NCBI GenBank assembly: GCA_964019335.1
Contig: OZ025719.1
Span: 62,001-126,000 of the forward strand
Length of the DNA: 64,000 nucleotides
DNA from: Diplonema japonicum
Taxonomy: Eukaryota > Protista > Euglenozoa: Diplonemea
Direction: 5' to 3'
Both the position numbers and the translations under genes were made by a program. The notes below the pieces were generated by a model that had not been told where the DNA came from, searched no databases, and saw only the letters and a list, made by a program, of their open reading frames with translations. Of this stretch, positions 33,701 through 41,634 are shown one piece after another. The stretch's first letter is position 1, and each line of letters opens with the position of its first letter.

Positions 33701-34135
33701 AATATAAATATGAGGAAACTCGTTGTTCTGCAAAGCTCCAGCGAAATCACAAGCAGGGTAGTCTTTCAGGTTGGCACGGCTGTGAATGTTGAGTTGACAC
33801 AGCTGCAGGATCGTGTTGCTAACGCTCTGCTGGTCGATGCCGCGACGCTACGGGCTGTGTCGCCCCTTGTGTTTGGGAACGTTGATGCAAGTGTGCTTAG
33901 CACTTCTATAGTCCCCACCGCCGCTCCGACCCCTCTGCCTACGTTATCTACCCCTGTCCCTGTCACTCCTGTTCCTTCTACTTATGTGCCTTTCACATTC
34001 CCCCCCACCCCTCTTCCTACTACACTCCCTCCATATGATTCTCTTGCTCCGATCGATGGCTCTAGTTATGTTATCCCGTCCTGTTTGGTTTTGGTCGTGT
34101 CGTGCGGGACGGTATTGGTACCGCTCCTCTTCTGA
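21776..34135 (+). CDS. Giant (4119 aa) intronless surface glycoprotein with repeated Cys-containing beta domains and a C-terminal hydrophobic (GPI/TM) anchor
   Basis: Single ORF; N-terminal leader and Ser/Thr stretch; repeated 'LP..G.Y.VC[YF]' modules; many NxS/T sites; Pro/Thr stalk followed by terminal VIPSCLVLVVSCGTVLVPLLF. Confidence 0.85.
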   Translation: MKMKKSTVVCFLSTCIMHGGGETATATMTETATVGSGTLTPTSSETLPTVSVTLPTATESMSETGTASISASFSQSETFSSSASHSHSVTESVSSTIEAHNNYTMHLLPSYDLTEGHDIRVKITAILESPYSVQTIRSFNLSKPWEVQLRVYWHSASADIDCGSDVYLSRKRLLEERMGFGVSHAERLVGNEMLLSSFFTFTAPSSTTPFVICFKHIIPEVHAFPFREKWVLFTDALGRYRFVTKPSEVRYRLPAPSEGQFAVVELQSTAAWNFTYPASSCATDPYACLDGDNLKIVPEGTPCTFERSDFNGTYYGSKWVKRDGLWLEGAIEGLSEAAVLGGVGLFGTQLANPLVDVWSAWGVYGLLNRTYLSDPWPWVKRAYVYVQLPKQGRYELCYSSREQRADMSLAANDTRDELPVWQKLYPAGARVATPAFTVYKESVSWDIHDRTPDTYGEVIFSDTENKLTAGPNTLNENYWDSRGGDMFKLVPEYLFKIDKRWPVPAVGCWDTVPVTSVLENEAEYPIASTNLQRDSQNTFAATWVPHLRTAWRVCYRRTRDMSGYRLLPGVLRPRQPQEMPPVVTWYMNDTREGTWGPVVIETANFTEVGGLDSREWNRSANMGSAVRLVGRNKPCDYHTLAEDVVGQQSAAASYNGGMIECNSASAEVNDPYCQGTLADQQNVSAVAFYITLPREDTYKVCFRLGAWNWKVLHASDTTPYLDKRVDMPEAFLERQDWYAGYPLLRVQQDARKTITVVAHESREDMEVLFMIHDAEYGLTAARREPCPMGCSKSGDVLRVVPIRQMCDVNHVTWVASTADTFLSVHCPADGGSGLVSPTCHVTAPVAELASVHRLHRLINVSLPVYDDIVPYPATAYSVADLVGSVRLPAYSVHGGAEANTYKVCYKQFGMQNWILFNTTTIRQKLPYILTPQPGSDLVSGRHQLFHLAWVSFGSFYRDWNASRGVFHAKLVEVRGGPPRCTQPPASTEGEDFGSKVGKALQTGTTQVSFNLTVPHKAGVFSLCIRVGTQLSWYSPGSGGHYTVIDNGMRWYVEPGNQPVSGGLSTVKLLKCNPTPKGCDDSFAVTKFDTSPGRDAAKVVQWWRPCTEGSQHVGIESLEGNGHLDLGPADGTADTAEFTTILPAANDERVTYKICVKSDVLDGATVTTEWVEVMQSMDTPQQLVITENGLSSYSTQPSVVQKWTLDAALQPLSWTGTNASKSATALSGASSYYVPDPSAAVPTGAVVSGFYFISTPGTTVPATSTFKLVPRRAGNTCRSPPYEGATNIDALEAFLELDGVHLNRLNAFFQLPLEQGAYMVCFKVGAPMLVEQPWLVLANDVGKYSLQVVPSNFQVLVEERNATIIDGSLVNGTTRASWCSTVEGQGVPCDVVNNKGYQYDLLTVVHSTKICPSPTAAPLGGTTDAWFLLSRMTNVSAVIFSNELTGEFLMPPLDKSPSGRYKLCLYKAGQPTIPAGHVTRHGVSYHLLVQGDELLGGGTGFWKDIASQLGDPSKVLVTSSLQYNYTLFFTEYTTDTFALYAANSLETLIDPQTGQFSRTPLVRSGTTVDYLVQIALSDGTPVAAEYTITAMKCPPATDWGAGRCLSHESAMLPEQSFLVDVIDGECRLNSTEVYGWPKGAVRQFTKDGFVTVRVQYKSLCRGTFGCGVRFHAVNSKGHTIISNPFWLNTLQFEPDKISMNGVIPSHNSHHVVHCLHKVECRFSLAAYWQGIREYAPKGSISMLHSEFDYGTNPDIAVSLLSETVLSSTFHQKIAVSWGQGGEVTGTYSFELQPTLSTGSIYMNVTYGHSLYQRVEVSISRVQPVSCTPKHIIALDGDLSTSRTPSPVFLHNHSITPEFTALPGVYLESLVPYELGYTLRDSTGAPVNPEVGMSKWRLTAVVKDSIQNAVLGVMRDGDGELSIANLQTTPQSLEKVLDREVSGSDGVWRVMFRLLNGFGCSRFTGGCLIEFSLTHSETSEVVLMSVRTPVRVIGSTVRVSVSRTTTTVREGTVVTAEPGTVCGAQCWMPDEYHHGYLFTMIHTPGPSDGVSNTDNVMQLPALNRGGCVYQDWQGKCDVWGYTSGLLGNTSWGATWVLRASKPCIACVFTFHSTSGAGPDSYSASSVIGSVELSFVDEDIVLECAVPDVVAFPAHSTTSELFNISVTAFSHTTHQPAVYPTWWVFSDMTSDLTNPDPSLRLLKQGSLTGLTTLTVKMDGGTSVVRGLYFSSPQGFAGTTVVQIKFHALGTIYDRSKQGTVAQDIKEHSCTATITVQPTVITPVTSVEVEFSGSTRLCEGCDMWSTTIAAVREGIVMTAEFEDLYPDGVVKVAKNKNATVVPGGGPSSRPWKSPAVWEWDRLKGLWTAQVTLDSVHNPLETERLNNVAYTNGKVLLTLSRGLTTLNLITITYESSTESPARQLVFDICTAEFNGEVEVVTAPCKTINMWIVPSTPVDNKILVWSEPAAGRKYKGTGLSCGASPTEMRLKLATYYEISGALARTRYFVYGIPIAYRVTFPGQHFVQIGSTETNSMLVVRNSVDPSLNETAMLASGASHFTEAIFFGRDIAGSTQDRYPLRVDAVSLGSTTHQFTSAFTDASYYFSQPLEKFAQFDIASNGVTLDPECPPKRVLESAEHNYRTFSPYPGVFWNYATGVAQGIPFPVQVMVRTTANTRAWTFNNTYIRISKHSSMGCNDGGIMTVYALKPSLDSDVTALRPGMLNTSWDRGVDGQMVRMNMGAAVPWVVFSSPCESCVLKIDLCFTTATSVVDCLKLRESSEASDMLPLYPARSKVTKPFSVRKPSANSVSIVRQNVPPLSSKGTIRVGDTFSVGFEKVQITSGWSIAIEGPPTKLFLSTEGGGDPTTAVRRDIAIYGNGGFIGVSSRDGKCGVDEQEYRQSAIHAYVEGDAWPNPTFYFTRPCGLCRVKVVYELQNSAGVIYLREYGSAVGNVLEFKVVTCGVKWLLSPVAPTAVRKRQPFSVGAMRVDRFNFPSWDSNGTVPLVEKTADCEGNGGGGANIVSAPRVSDGVRALNGYAVTRMQFTKPCFRCGFVFGTVHYLTVLTDATQIIAVPHTPLSQRYTGTSLEITLGLYAADDLGYRSYLVSGPTYPVLQPRYQTERRIMDALTILPLPGKNYTVLHPTTKAGVTLMGGKPSVSIVAGGKVANGIPVAGEGDLGATTIKIEGPTSGYELSFAIAGMHGLPTRLYGDGMPPAVGHSVAAEVMVVEDGATANCISPVTQGSVCSVSVFTAGVLNVSGIVHYYLSSEGTADPATATADCNSCSPNISSTVPLIAGIGTVHMTVANMAQSTCTCTLRITPPPSLSSNSTTSFVMTWSRTLMTLWYFTSSNTLKVTPADQSMYTAKSVMNTVVDILLSPFDVTRDFSSMRGLDNIALLSVNPSVMIPAGCFVCYETESLVANPRCMVQVTEQGVVLRGYFAREGTCLLTERAIVGLPQSVGSTKSPDASLEVTVQIPHALHLRMVHDTRSETLLNFTGLTGRTKEGEAAAVVGVGAHITLDVLDSVGARVEGDNSMVVEVDTWNEATNTTITTTHTSLDGVVQVNIDAEGPSYCEEAPPCSEGWYFNVTKVHATQTTGVTTYNSTTPVLGPLYFVAVAGDMRVEGKFGELIRDVSEPGLQWIRGYPIDMSMQVLGHAGEIVDHTVDAVLRPATAPCLPVDEEVWTSCVFPVRDTCVFKDIKEYPACGTSGWVVDNKTTANSFEVTLSHGTAVVPLWYVGTASTVMLRVNAFLNPESGAVATSITSQIQMLRFGRISLENWESPASWYYQDPLNFTAVLYDTLNNVMVLDNDTSLIVSAECLTENSYVGVGLDFLSIVRFPVHQGTARIEGPVFSGSCKAMVLVVTCASGPMDTLKLCEQLEVATEQFEVTGNSTASGQPQSPNPIRVSMGMGVFQTQAAFLQYVQGSFDSTVFEAAVTGVLKASVPVVKSATPSHLCGLPVGTPWNDVFISDPDICVDVLNNINMRKLVVLQSSSEITSRVVFQVGTAVNVELTQLQDRVANALLVDAATLRAVSPLVFGNVDASVLSTSIVPTAAPTPLPTLSTPVPVTPVPSTYVPFTFPPTPLPTTLPPYDSLAPIDGSSYVIPSCLVLVVSCGTVLVPLLF

Positions 34136-34384
34136 GGAGAGGGGGGGGAAGGAAGAAGGAAAGAAAGAAAGAAAATAGAAAAATAGAAAAAAAAAAAAAA
34201 AAAAGACGGCGTTTTCATGCTTGTTCTTGTCCCCCCACCCCCCTTTTTTTTTCCTCATTTTCTTCTTGTTTTCCTAAAGCAAAAAAAAAAAAAATAAATA
34301 AACAATAAAAACAGGAAAGGGGGCAGGGGGGAGAGGGAAAGGGGGGAAGGCGGGAAGGGTTTTTTTTTTTTTTTTTTAACACAA

Positions 34385-37300
34385 ATGAATATCAGACGCA
34401 CGACCGTGCTGGTAATCTTTGTAGTAGTCTTTTCAGCAGTTGCGTTCACCTTGGGGGCAAGCATATGGAGTTCTGACAATGCACTGGCGGATGTGAAGGA
34501 CCACAGAGACGCCGCAGTGGCAGATTGTTTCAACCATGGGTTGGACAGCGTGGTGGAAAACTCCAAGGAACTGCTCTTGGAAAAGAGCAGGGGTCTTGTG
34601 GATCAGGTGAGGGCGGGCCTACACGAAGCACGAGCTGCACACGAAAGCCTACGCATGCAGCTACGCGTCGTGCCATCTGCAACAGCCGATGACATGGACT
34701 CGTATTCACACATCCCAGCAACCATGCATTCTCTCTGGCTTACCAATTCCATCCCCATCCTCGGCTGGGCTCTCACAAATGGATTGGGCATGGGCATGAA
34801 CCATCACCCATACTACACTCCGGTTGCAGGCACACGCGACCCAAACGCCACTCTTCTCCTCATCTCTAACGACACTTCTAAGCCTGACCTCGCTTTTCGC
34901 GGGACTGTTGAAGACGGTGCGATACGCACAGACCTGCCATGTCTTGATCCAGAGTTCGGGTCGTACGATGGCCGAGCCACAGGGATATGCCCGTTCGATT
35001 TTGATTTGAGCAAAAACGACATTCTGAACGGGGCGGCCACGCAGGATATTGGTACCACTTTTTGGACCCCTCTTCTTGGGTTCTCGTCATGGGCTGGTCA
35101 GGTGCTCATGTCCATCTACTCCCCTTTCGACGCGCCCAGTAAAAAGCAAGGTGTTGTCTTCACAGGTTTTCACCTCGGTTTGGTCACCTTAGCCGTCTCC
35201 GACTTCGATCAAAACGGGCGGAGCTTTGTAGTGACGAGCGGTTCGTCAGGGCTGCTGGTCGGCGCGTCTCATGGTGCTACCACCACGCAGGTGATGGAGC
35301 CTGACCCGTTCACGGGGAAGCTTGTTAGCGTGCAGCAGCCTATTCAAGCCAACTCAACATTGGCTGATCATGTCATTGCCAATGTGACGACAGTGCTGTA
35401 CGCGACAAGCGGTGCACAGGACCCCTTCGAGTCTGCCATGGAAATGACAACAAAAAACAATGGAAGCCATGAAATCACAATCGCCACCGGCGAGAAGCTA
35501 TACATATCAGTGGTCCCCGTTCGGGACAGCGATCTTCTGTGGTGGGCAGTGTTGACCTTATCACGCGAGTCGGTAGTGGGCGGGCTTGACAAACGGAAGG
35601 CCGCCGCGGAACATGAAATCGACGACAAAAACTCCGACGTAAGAACCTCCCTCCGCACAGAGCGGGGTATCATGTTCGGTGTCGTCATGGTGGTCATCAT
35701 CGCTGCCGTCGCATTGGCCGCGCACAGCACCAAGAAAATCTTCGCACCTCTCGCCATCCTAGAAAAAGAGATGGAAGAGGTCGCACACATGAACCTACAC
35801 GGGGTGATCGAGGACAGGGAAAAATCACGCTTCGAGGAGATCCACAGCATGCAAACGTCCTTTCTACAAATGCTGCACTCTTTAAAAGAGTTCAAACAAT
35901 ACATGCCGCAAGCCATCGTTGAGATGAGGTCGCAAGAAGAAGAATACGAGGACGACACAGACGATTCAACCGACGAAGAAAAATCCCTCCCCGAGACCGA
36001 AGGGACTAGCTCTGCGGAAAGGGTCAACTCATCATCATCGGACACCACAACACGAATCATCTCAGGGGTGGAGTTCCACAGGGAAGGCACTGGGTACATC
36101 GACTCCCTTCCAGGCGACGAAACATTAACACAACCTTCTACATCTATGACAAAATCCGATGTTTTCGACTCCTTAAAAGCCTCTTCTTCATTAATGACCG
36201 CGAAGAACTCAGGCGGTGCGTTAAAAAAAAAAGGCTTAAGCGTACATTTGACGCGAAAACGTGGAATAGCACAGGTCTGTCTAATGTGCAGGGATTTCGA
36301 AGAATTTGTGAAACGATCTGATATTTCCAACGTGGTGGAATTTCATACAAGATGGCTGCAGTGCATAGTCGTCGACGCAAAGGATTTGGGTGGTACCGTT
36401 GAGCGGTTCATCGCAGATGCCGTTGATGTTAATTTTGGAGGTCTCGTCCCATGCACTAACACATCATCGAAAGCTGCAAACTACGCCTTAAAGGTCCGGG
36501 ACAGGATAGTCGTCGCGAATCTGTCACAAGAGGGATTCGACTGCCTTGAAACAGACATGTCCTGCGGGATCGCTTCCGGCGTTGGTCTTGTTGGGAACCT
36601 CGGCGTGCAAGGTATCAAAACCCCGTCCATCCTCGGTAGAACCGTTTACATCTGCAGAGCAATGACAACGGTTTCTCGTGAAATGGGTCTTGACATTGTC
36701 ATTGACCAGCGGTTCGCCGACGAGGTAAGAGGCAGTTTTAAATTCTACCCAATCGACGTGCTACGGCTTGCGGAGAATGGGAAGAAACAAACTGTGTACC
36801 ACTTGATGAACACACGCCACGCGACAACCGGGGAATGGATGTACACCCTCGACAGCATGAACGAATCTGGGTTTGAAAAAGCCTGGAAAACCGTCAAGGC
36901 TGTCGCGGAAAAAGGCGGGTCCCTATTACAAGCCATCGAATTGATGAACACGGTCCCAGAAGAACCGTTAGCGAAGGTTGTTGCGAACAGGTTGAAATGT
37001 TATCACGATGAGGTGTTGTCCCTAACCGGGAGGCCTTGTACTGAATATAACCGTGTTTACCGGCCGAAGGGTAATACTATAGCTTCTCCTGAGTGTGTTC
37101 GAAAGGTGTCGAACAAGACCCTTCGGAGCCCGTACAGGAACGGCGTTCTTTCGAAGGTGACAAACAGTGCTTCTGACTCCATGCTTTCTGCGAATATGAG
37201 TTCTTCGGGGAACCTTATTGCACCCGGTTCCTTTGGAATTCGTTCAAAAGTAAGTAGCGAGTACCACAGTCCTAGCGGGGTTCGGTCGCAGGGATCCGAT

Positions 37301-37450
37301 TCCGCAGTACTTTCGCCTACTAACGGTTCTGATATGGAGTCTCCTTCAGCCACATCGATTCTGGAAGAAAATTTCCCTGTTTTGCCGTCTGCGTCTGGTT
37401 CTGATTCTGTGAGGACACCTAACACTCCCAGTATAAAACGACCGAGGTGA
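34385..37450 (+). CDS. Receptor-type class III nucleotide cyclase-like protein (TM, Cache-like, TM, HAMP, cyclase); probably catalytically degenerate
   Basis: Two TMs; HAMP-like 'IFAPLAILEKEMEEVA...SRFEEIHSMQTSF..MLHSLKEFKQYMP'; cyclase motifs 'GGTVERFIADAVDVNFG' and 'CGIASGVGLVGNLG...ILGRTV'. Confidence 0.8.
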   Translation: MNIRRTTVLVIFVVVFSAVAFTLGASIWSSDNALADVKDHRDAAVADCFNHGLDSVVENSKELLLEKSRGLVDQVRAGLHEARAAHESLRMQLRVVPSATADDMDSYSHIPATMHSLWLTNSIPILGWALTNGLGMGMNHHPYYTPVAGTRDPNATLLLISNDTSKPDLAFRGTVEDGAIRTDLPCLDPEFGSYDGRATGICPFDFDLSKNDILNGAATQDIGTTFWTPLLGFSSWAGQVLMSIYSPFDAPSKKQGVVFTGFHLGLVTLAVSDFDQNGRSFVVTSGSSGLLVGASHGATTTQVMEPDPFTGKLVSVQQPIQANSTLADHVIANVTTVLYATSGAQDPFESAMEMTTKNNGSHEITIATGEKLYISVVPVRDSDLLWWAVLTLSRESVVGGLDKRKAAAEHEIDDKNSDVRTSLRTERGIMFGVVMVVIIAAVALAAHSTKKIFAPLAILEKEMEEVAHMNLHGVIEDREKSRFEEIHSMQTSFLQMLHSLKEFKQYMPQAIVEMRSQEEEYEDDTDDSTDEEKSLPETEGTSSAERVNSSSSDTTTRIISGVEFHREGTGYIDSLPGDETLTQPSTSMTKSDVFDSLKASSSLMTAKNSGGALKKKGLSVHLTRKRGIAQVCLMCRDFEEFVKRSDISNVVEFHTRWLQCIVVDAKDLGGTVERFIADAVDVNFGGLVPCTNTSSKAANYALKVRDRIVVANLSQEGFDCLETDMSCGIASGVGLVGNLGVQGIKTPSILGRTVYICRAMTTVSREMGLDIVIDQRFADEVRGSFKFYPIDVLRLAENGKKQTVYHLMNTRHATTGEWMYTLDSMNESGFEKAWKTVKAVAEKGGSLLQAIELMNTVPEEPLAKVVANRLKCYHDEVLSLTGRPCTEYNRVYRPKGNTIASPECVRKVSNKTLRSPYRNGVLSKVTNSASDSMLSANMSSSGNLIAPGSFGIRSKVSSEYHSPSGVRSQGSDSAVLSPTNGSDMESPSATSILEENFPVLPSASGSDSVRTPNTPSIKRPR

Positions 37451-37855
37451 GGGGTAAAAAAAAAAAAAGTTTAAAATAAAAAAACGGGAAGAGTGGGGAG
37501 GGGGGGGGGGGGGGGCACAACAGAAGAATAGTTCTTTCACTCTTGCTATTTTTTATGATGTTTTTTTTTTTTTTTTTTAAATTTTTTTCATTGCACAGAT
37601 ATGCAATGGTAATTACCCCCCCCTTTTTTTTCCCCCCTGATTTTTTTTTAAAGGAGAAAATAAAAAAAGAGAATTCTCAGTTTTTTTTTTTTTTTTTTTA
37701 CCGTTTTTTTTTGTTTGTTTTTGTTTGTTCCCCTCCCCCCCTCTCTTTTTTTTTCCCTCTTCCAAAAGAAAAAAAAAAAAAAAGGATCAAAACAAAACAA
37801 TTATATTTAGAAAAAAAAGAAAAAAGATGGGGGAAAAAAAAAAAAGATGGAGGTA

Positions 37856-37986
37856 CCGGATGTGGACTTAATATATGAAACGGAAAAAAGTTCCAAAATA
37901 CAATTCTCGTATTTTTTGTTGTAGTTCCATAGTTTTAGTCCGTTTTCAAAAAAAAAAAATATTTTTTTCGTTCCACTACCCCCCGG
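37856..37986. mobile_element. Short TA-flanked CCGG...CCGG element (Tc1/mariner-like MITE?); related copy 44909-45028
   Basis: TA|CCGGATGTGGAC...aaacggaaaa..gtt...CCGG|TA in both copies. Confidence 0.4.
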
Positions 37987-38755
37987 TAAGTTGTTCCTCT
38001 TTTCTTTTGTATTTTAAACCCCTCATATCTATAAGGGCCTAGTGCAAAAAAACTCTATTTGCTGAAACAATGTGTAATGGGCTCAGAATAATCCCTTACT
38101 ATGTGGGGAACTCCTCCCCTTCGGCTCATTGGTTATATGAGGAGATGTGTTTCGTTTGGTCTTGAACATTTCTTTGGGGGTGTTTTTTCCTCCTTTGTAG
38201 TTATGTTATTTTTTGGTGGTTTTTTTTGGTTCAGTGCCCTCCCTCTTCCCCCCTCCAGACTTGGTGGAGTTCTCTCTTTTTTTTCATTATTATTATTTTA
38301 ACGATTGTAAATTGCCAGTGCTTTCACAACGACCCTTTTTTTTTTTTTTTTTTCTTAATTTTTCGAAGCAAGCGTTAGATAACCACCCAGCTATAAAGTT
38401 CTGGGGGAGAGGGTTACGTTTTTTTTTTTTTTCTCTTTTTTTTTTCCCTTTTTTTTTTTCTTCTTCTCTCCCCCGTACATAGGAAGGAGGAGAGGGAAAA
38501 AAGAAAAAAAAAAGAAGAAAAAAAGCAACTACAAACCTTCCCCCCCTCCCCTTTCTTTTTGCCCCCCTTGTTGTTCTTTCTCTTGCAGTTGTTGTTGCAC
38601 TATTGGCTGCAACAGAAATAAAAGAGAAAAATATATTTTTCGAAAAAAAAAAAGAGGGTGTGTGTGTTTCCGCAAACCCGCAAAACGGTGGGCACTCACC
38701 CCGCACACCGAAATTTATCAAATTTTCTTCTTCAGCACCTTCCCATTTCGAACCT

Positions 38756-38793
<38 letters not shown>

Positions 38794-39100
38794 CGGGAGG
38801 GAAGTAACTGGGTTTTTTTTTTTAACTCTTTTTTTTTAACTTTTTTTTTTTTTTTGAAATCCAGCTTTAACCTTAACCGTCTTAACAGGCTCCCGCCCCC
38901 CTATCTTCGTTTATTTCATTGCTCCGTTACCCCGGTCAAACACTCAAAACAAGGCAAGAAAGGTATACTCCATTTTTTTTTTGCCCCTTTATTTCTTGTT
39001 CATTCTTTTTTTTTTCTTCCCCCTTTTTTTTTGTTTCCTCATGAAGGGGTTTCATTCACACCTTTTCCCCACCCATTTTAGTGATTTTTTTTTTCCCCGC

Positions 39101-39199
39101 TACAAATATTTATCTTTCAAAAAAAAAAAATGATTTTAGTACTACTTGCAACTTGTGTCGAGCAAGAATTTTCGCAGCTTTTTAAAATCTTTTTGAAAT

Positions 39200-39266
<67 letters not shown>

Positions 39267-39288
39267 CGTGCGAATAACGACATAAAGT
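39101..39288 (+). repeat. Second copy of the 8441-8560 repeat, with an expanded internal poly-T
   Basis: Colinear blocks shared with 8441-8560. Confidence 0.75.
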
Positions 39289-39746
39289 TTTTTTTTTTCT
39301 TTTTTTTCTTTCCATAAGAGCCGCTTAGCAGCCACTTGGTATGTTGGCGAGTCGTGTTAAAAGTAAAGTTTTTTTTTCTTTTTTTTTTTTTTTTTTTTTT
39401 TTTTTTCCAGATAAATTTTTTTTAAAATAATCGGATGCTTTTCATCTCCTTTATTTCCCCCCCCCCCCATGATGAATAGAAACAGTTTGTGATTTGTAGT
39501 TTATTCAAGAGGGGAGCACTACTATTACGTGTTACAAAAAAAAGAAATCTTTTTTATAAAAGTAAAAAAGAACTTTTTTAAGCTTGTATCGTCGCTGACA
39601 AACAAAAGAATAACCTGCCTGTTTTTTTTTTTTTCTTCCCCGACGACCTTTTTTCACCCCTCCTTAAGGCAACAGGGTAAAAATACAAAAAAAAAGAAAA
39701 ACAAGAATCGTCAAACAAAGCTAAAAAAAGTAGTATTTTACCCCCT

Positions 39747-39780
<34 letters not shown>

Positions 39781-39975
39781 CCTCTTCTTTTTTTTTTCCT
39801 CTTCTTTTTTTTTCCCCCCCTTATTCTCTTCGTATTGGAAATTTGCTAAGTACTGGTAGTAGTGCTTTGGAAACAGGGGGAAAAAAAAAAGAAAAACGAG
39901 AGAAAAAAGAGAAAAAAAAGAAGGAAGGACCACTCATTCCAGCAGCTTTCATTGCGCTGACCGTTTTCTGTCTGA

Positions 39976-40018
<43 letters not shown>

Positions 40019-40917
40019 TATTCAGACTGGGGTAAGCAATAGCTGGTCAAGCTAAAATAGTTACGTCAAAATTTAAAAAAATAACTAGGTCCTCAAGCAG
40101 GAAACACCGAGACCCAAGGAAATAAGAAGTGCTACCCCAACTCGAAGAAGTAAGCTAGGGGGCAATAGATGGGGGAGAAGTGGTCCTTCCCCCCCCCTCT
40201 TTTTTATTTTTTTATATTTTTTTATACTCCGTATCTTTGTGTGGTGAGTAGAAGAGGAAGGAAAATCTAGTTTTTTCACCCCCCCCCCCCCCCTTCAACA
40301 GTTTCTGTACTTACTCGTACTGACTGCTTCATCCCCCTCTTTTTTTTTTTTAAATTCCTCGATCCCAAGTGAAACTTGTATTGCCACTCCTTTCCTCTTT
40401 TTGTTTTTTGTCTTCGTTGTCTTCATCTGGTTCGGTTTCCATTTTTCCCCCTCACACACCCCCTTTTTTTTTTTTTCGGTAATTCACCACCTAACGGAAG
40501 TTGTAAAAGTTTTTTTTTTCTCCCACCGGTTGACACCTCCCCGTTTCCCGAAGGGGTATAAAAAAAAAAAAAAAAAAAGTCAAAAAATATTAATTAATGC
40601 CACTAGAACACACTATAGAGACAACCATACTGCTGGAGGGGGGGGGGGGGGGGGGGTGTAAGTTTTTTCCCCCCCCCCCCACCCTTGCATGGACATCTTT
40701 GTTTCATGATGATTTCCTTGTCCTTCCCCAAGCCTTACGTAGTTCTTTTAGCCATCTATCAACGTGCTGAAAAGGGCCCCAAGAGGGGGGGGGGTAAATA
40801 TTTAAAAATTTCAAAAAAAAAAAAAAGTAAGTAAAGTTTTTTGACGAAACGTCGAGGGGGGCGGCACAGAAAAGACTGTAAAATCACGATGGTGAGCTGG
40901 TAAGGCATCTATAGTGG

Positions 40918-40960
<43 letters not shown>

Positions 40961-41285
40961 CTTTGGCAGTGCCTTCCTTTTTCAAATATGCCAAAAGACT
41001 TTTAAAAAGGTAAGCAAGCCATTGGGGGGCATTTACGGCAGTTTGTAACAAGTACGTTGGTTGATGGCTTGGGGGGGGGGGGGGGGGGGAGAAGAGGGGG
41101 AAACAGGGAGGGAAAAAAAAGGAGAGCGGCAAATCGAGAGGCGATTCAAAAAAAAAAAAAAAAAAAAAAAAACCTGTTAGGGGAGGCTTTGCTCCAACAA
41201 ATTCCCTCTCCACCATAGCGAAAAAACTTTTTACATGTCTTTTTATTTTCTTTTTCTTTTTCTTTTTTCACCCCAGACGATGTAA

Positions 41286-41319
<34 letters not shown>

Positions 41320-41634
41320 CTCCCTCACTCTCCGACCACAACTTTCTTTCTTTTTCTTTTCTTTTTTTTTTGCCCCCCTCCCTTCCGGTAAGTATGTGGA
41401 AAACAAAAAAGGGGGGGATGGGTAAAGGTATTATATGTGTGATAACACTACAGGGGAAAAAAAAATCAAAAATCTACAATGGCTCACTTTCTCATCCCCA
41501 CACCCTTTCTTTTCCCCCCTTATTCTTCCCTCGTCCCCCCCCCCCCCCCCCTCCCCCATTTTTCTCACCTGCCAAACCAAAAAAAAAAAAAAAAAAAAGA
41601 GGGAGCGGAGGGGGAAAAAAAAAAGGAAAAAAAA

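Noticed and set aside
37543-41600. Many poly-Phe/poly-Lys ORFs in spacers
   Set aside because: Translations of T/A homopolymers, whose lengths may also be inflated by sequencing error.
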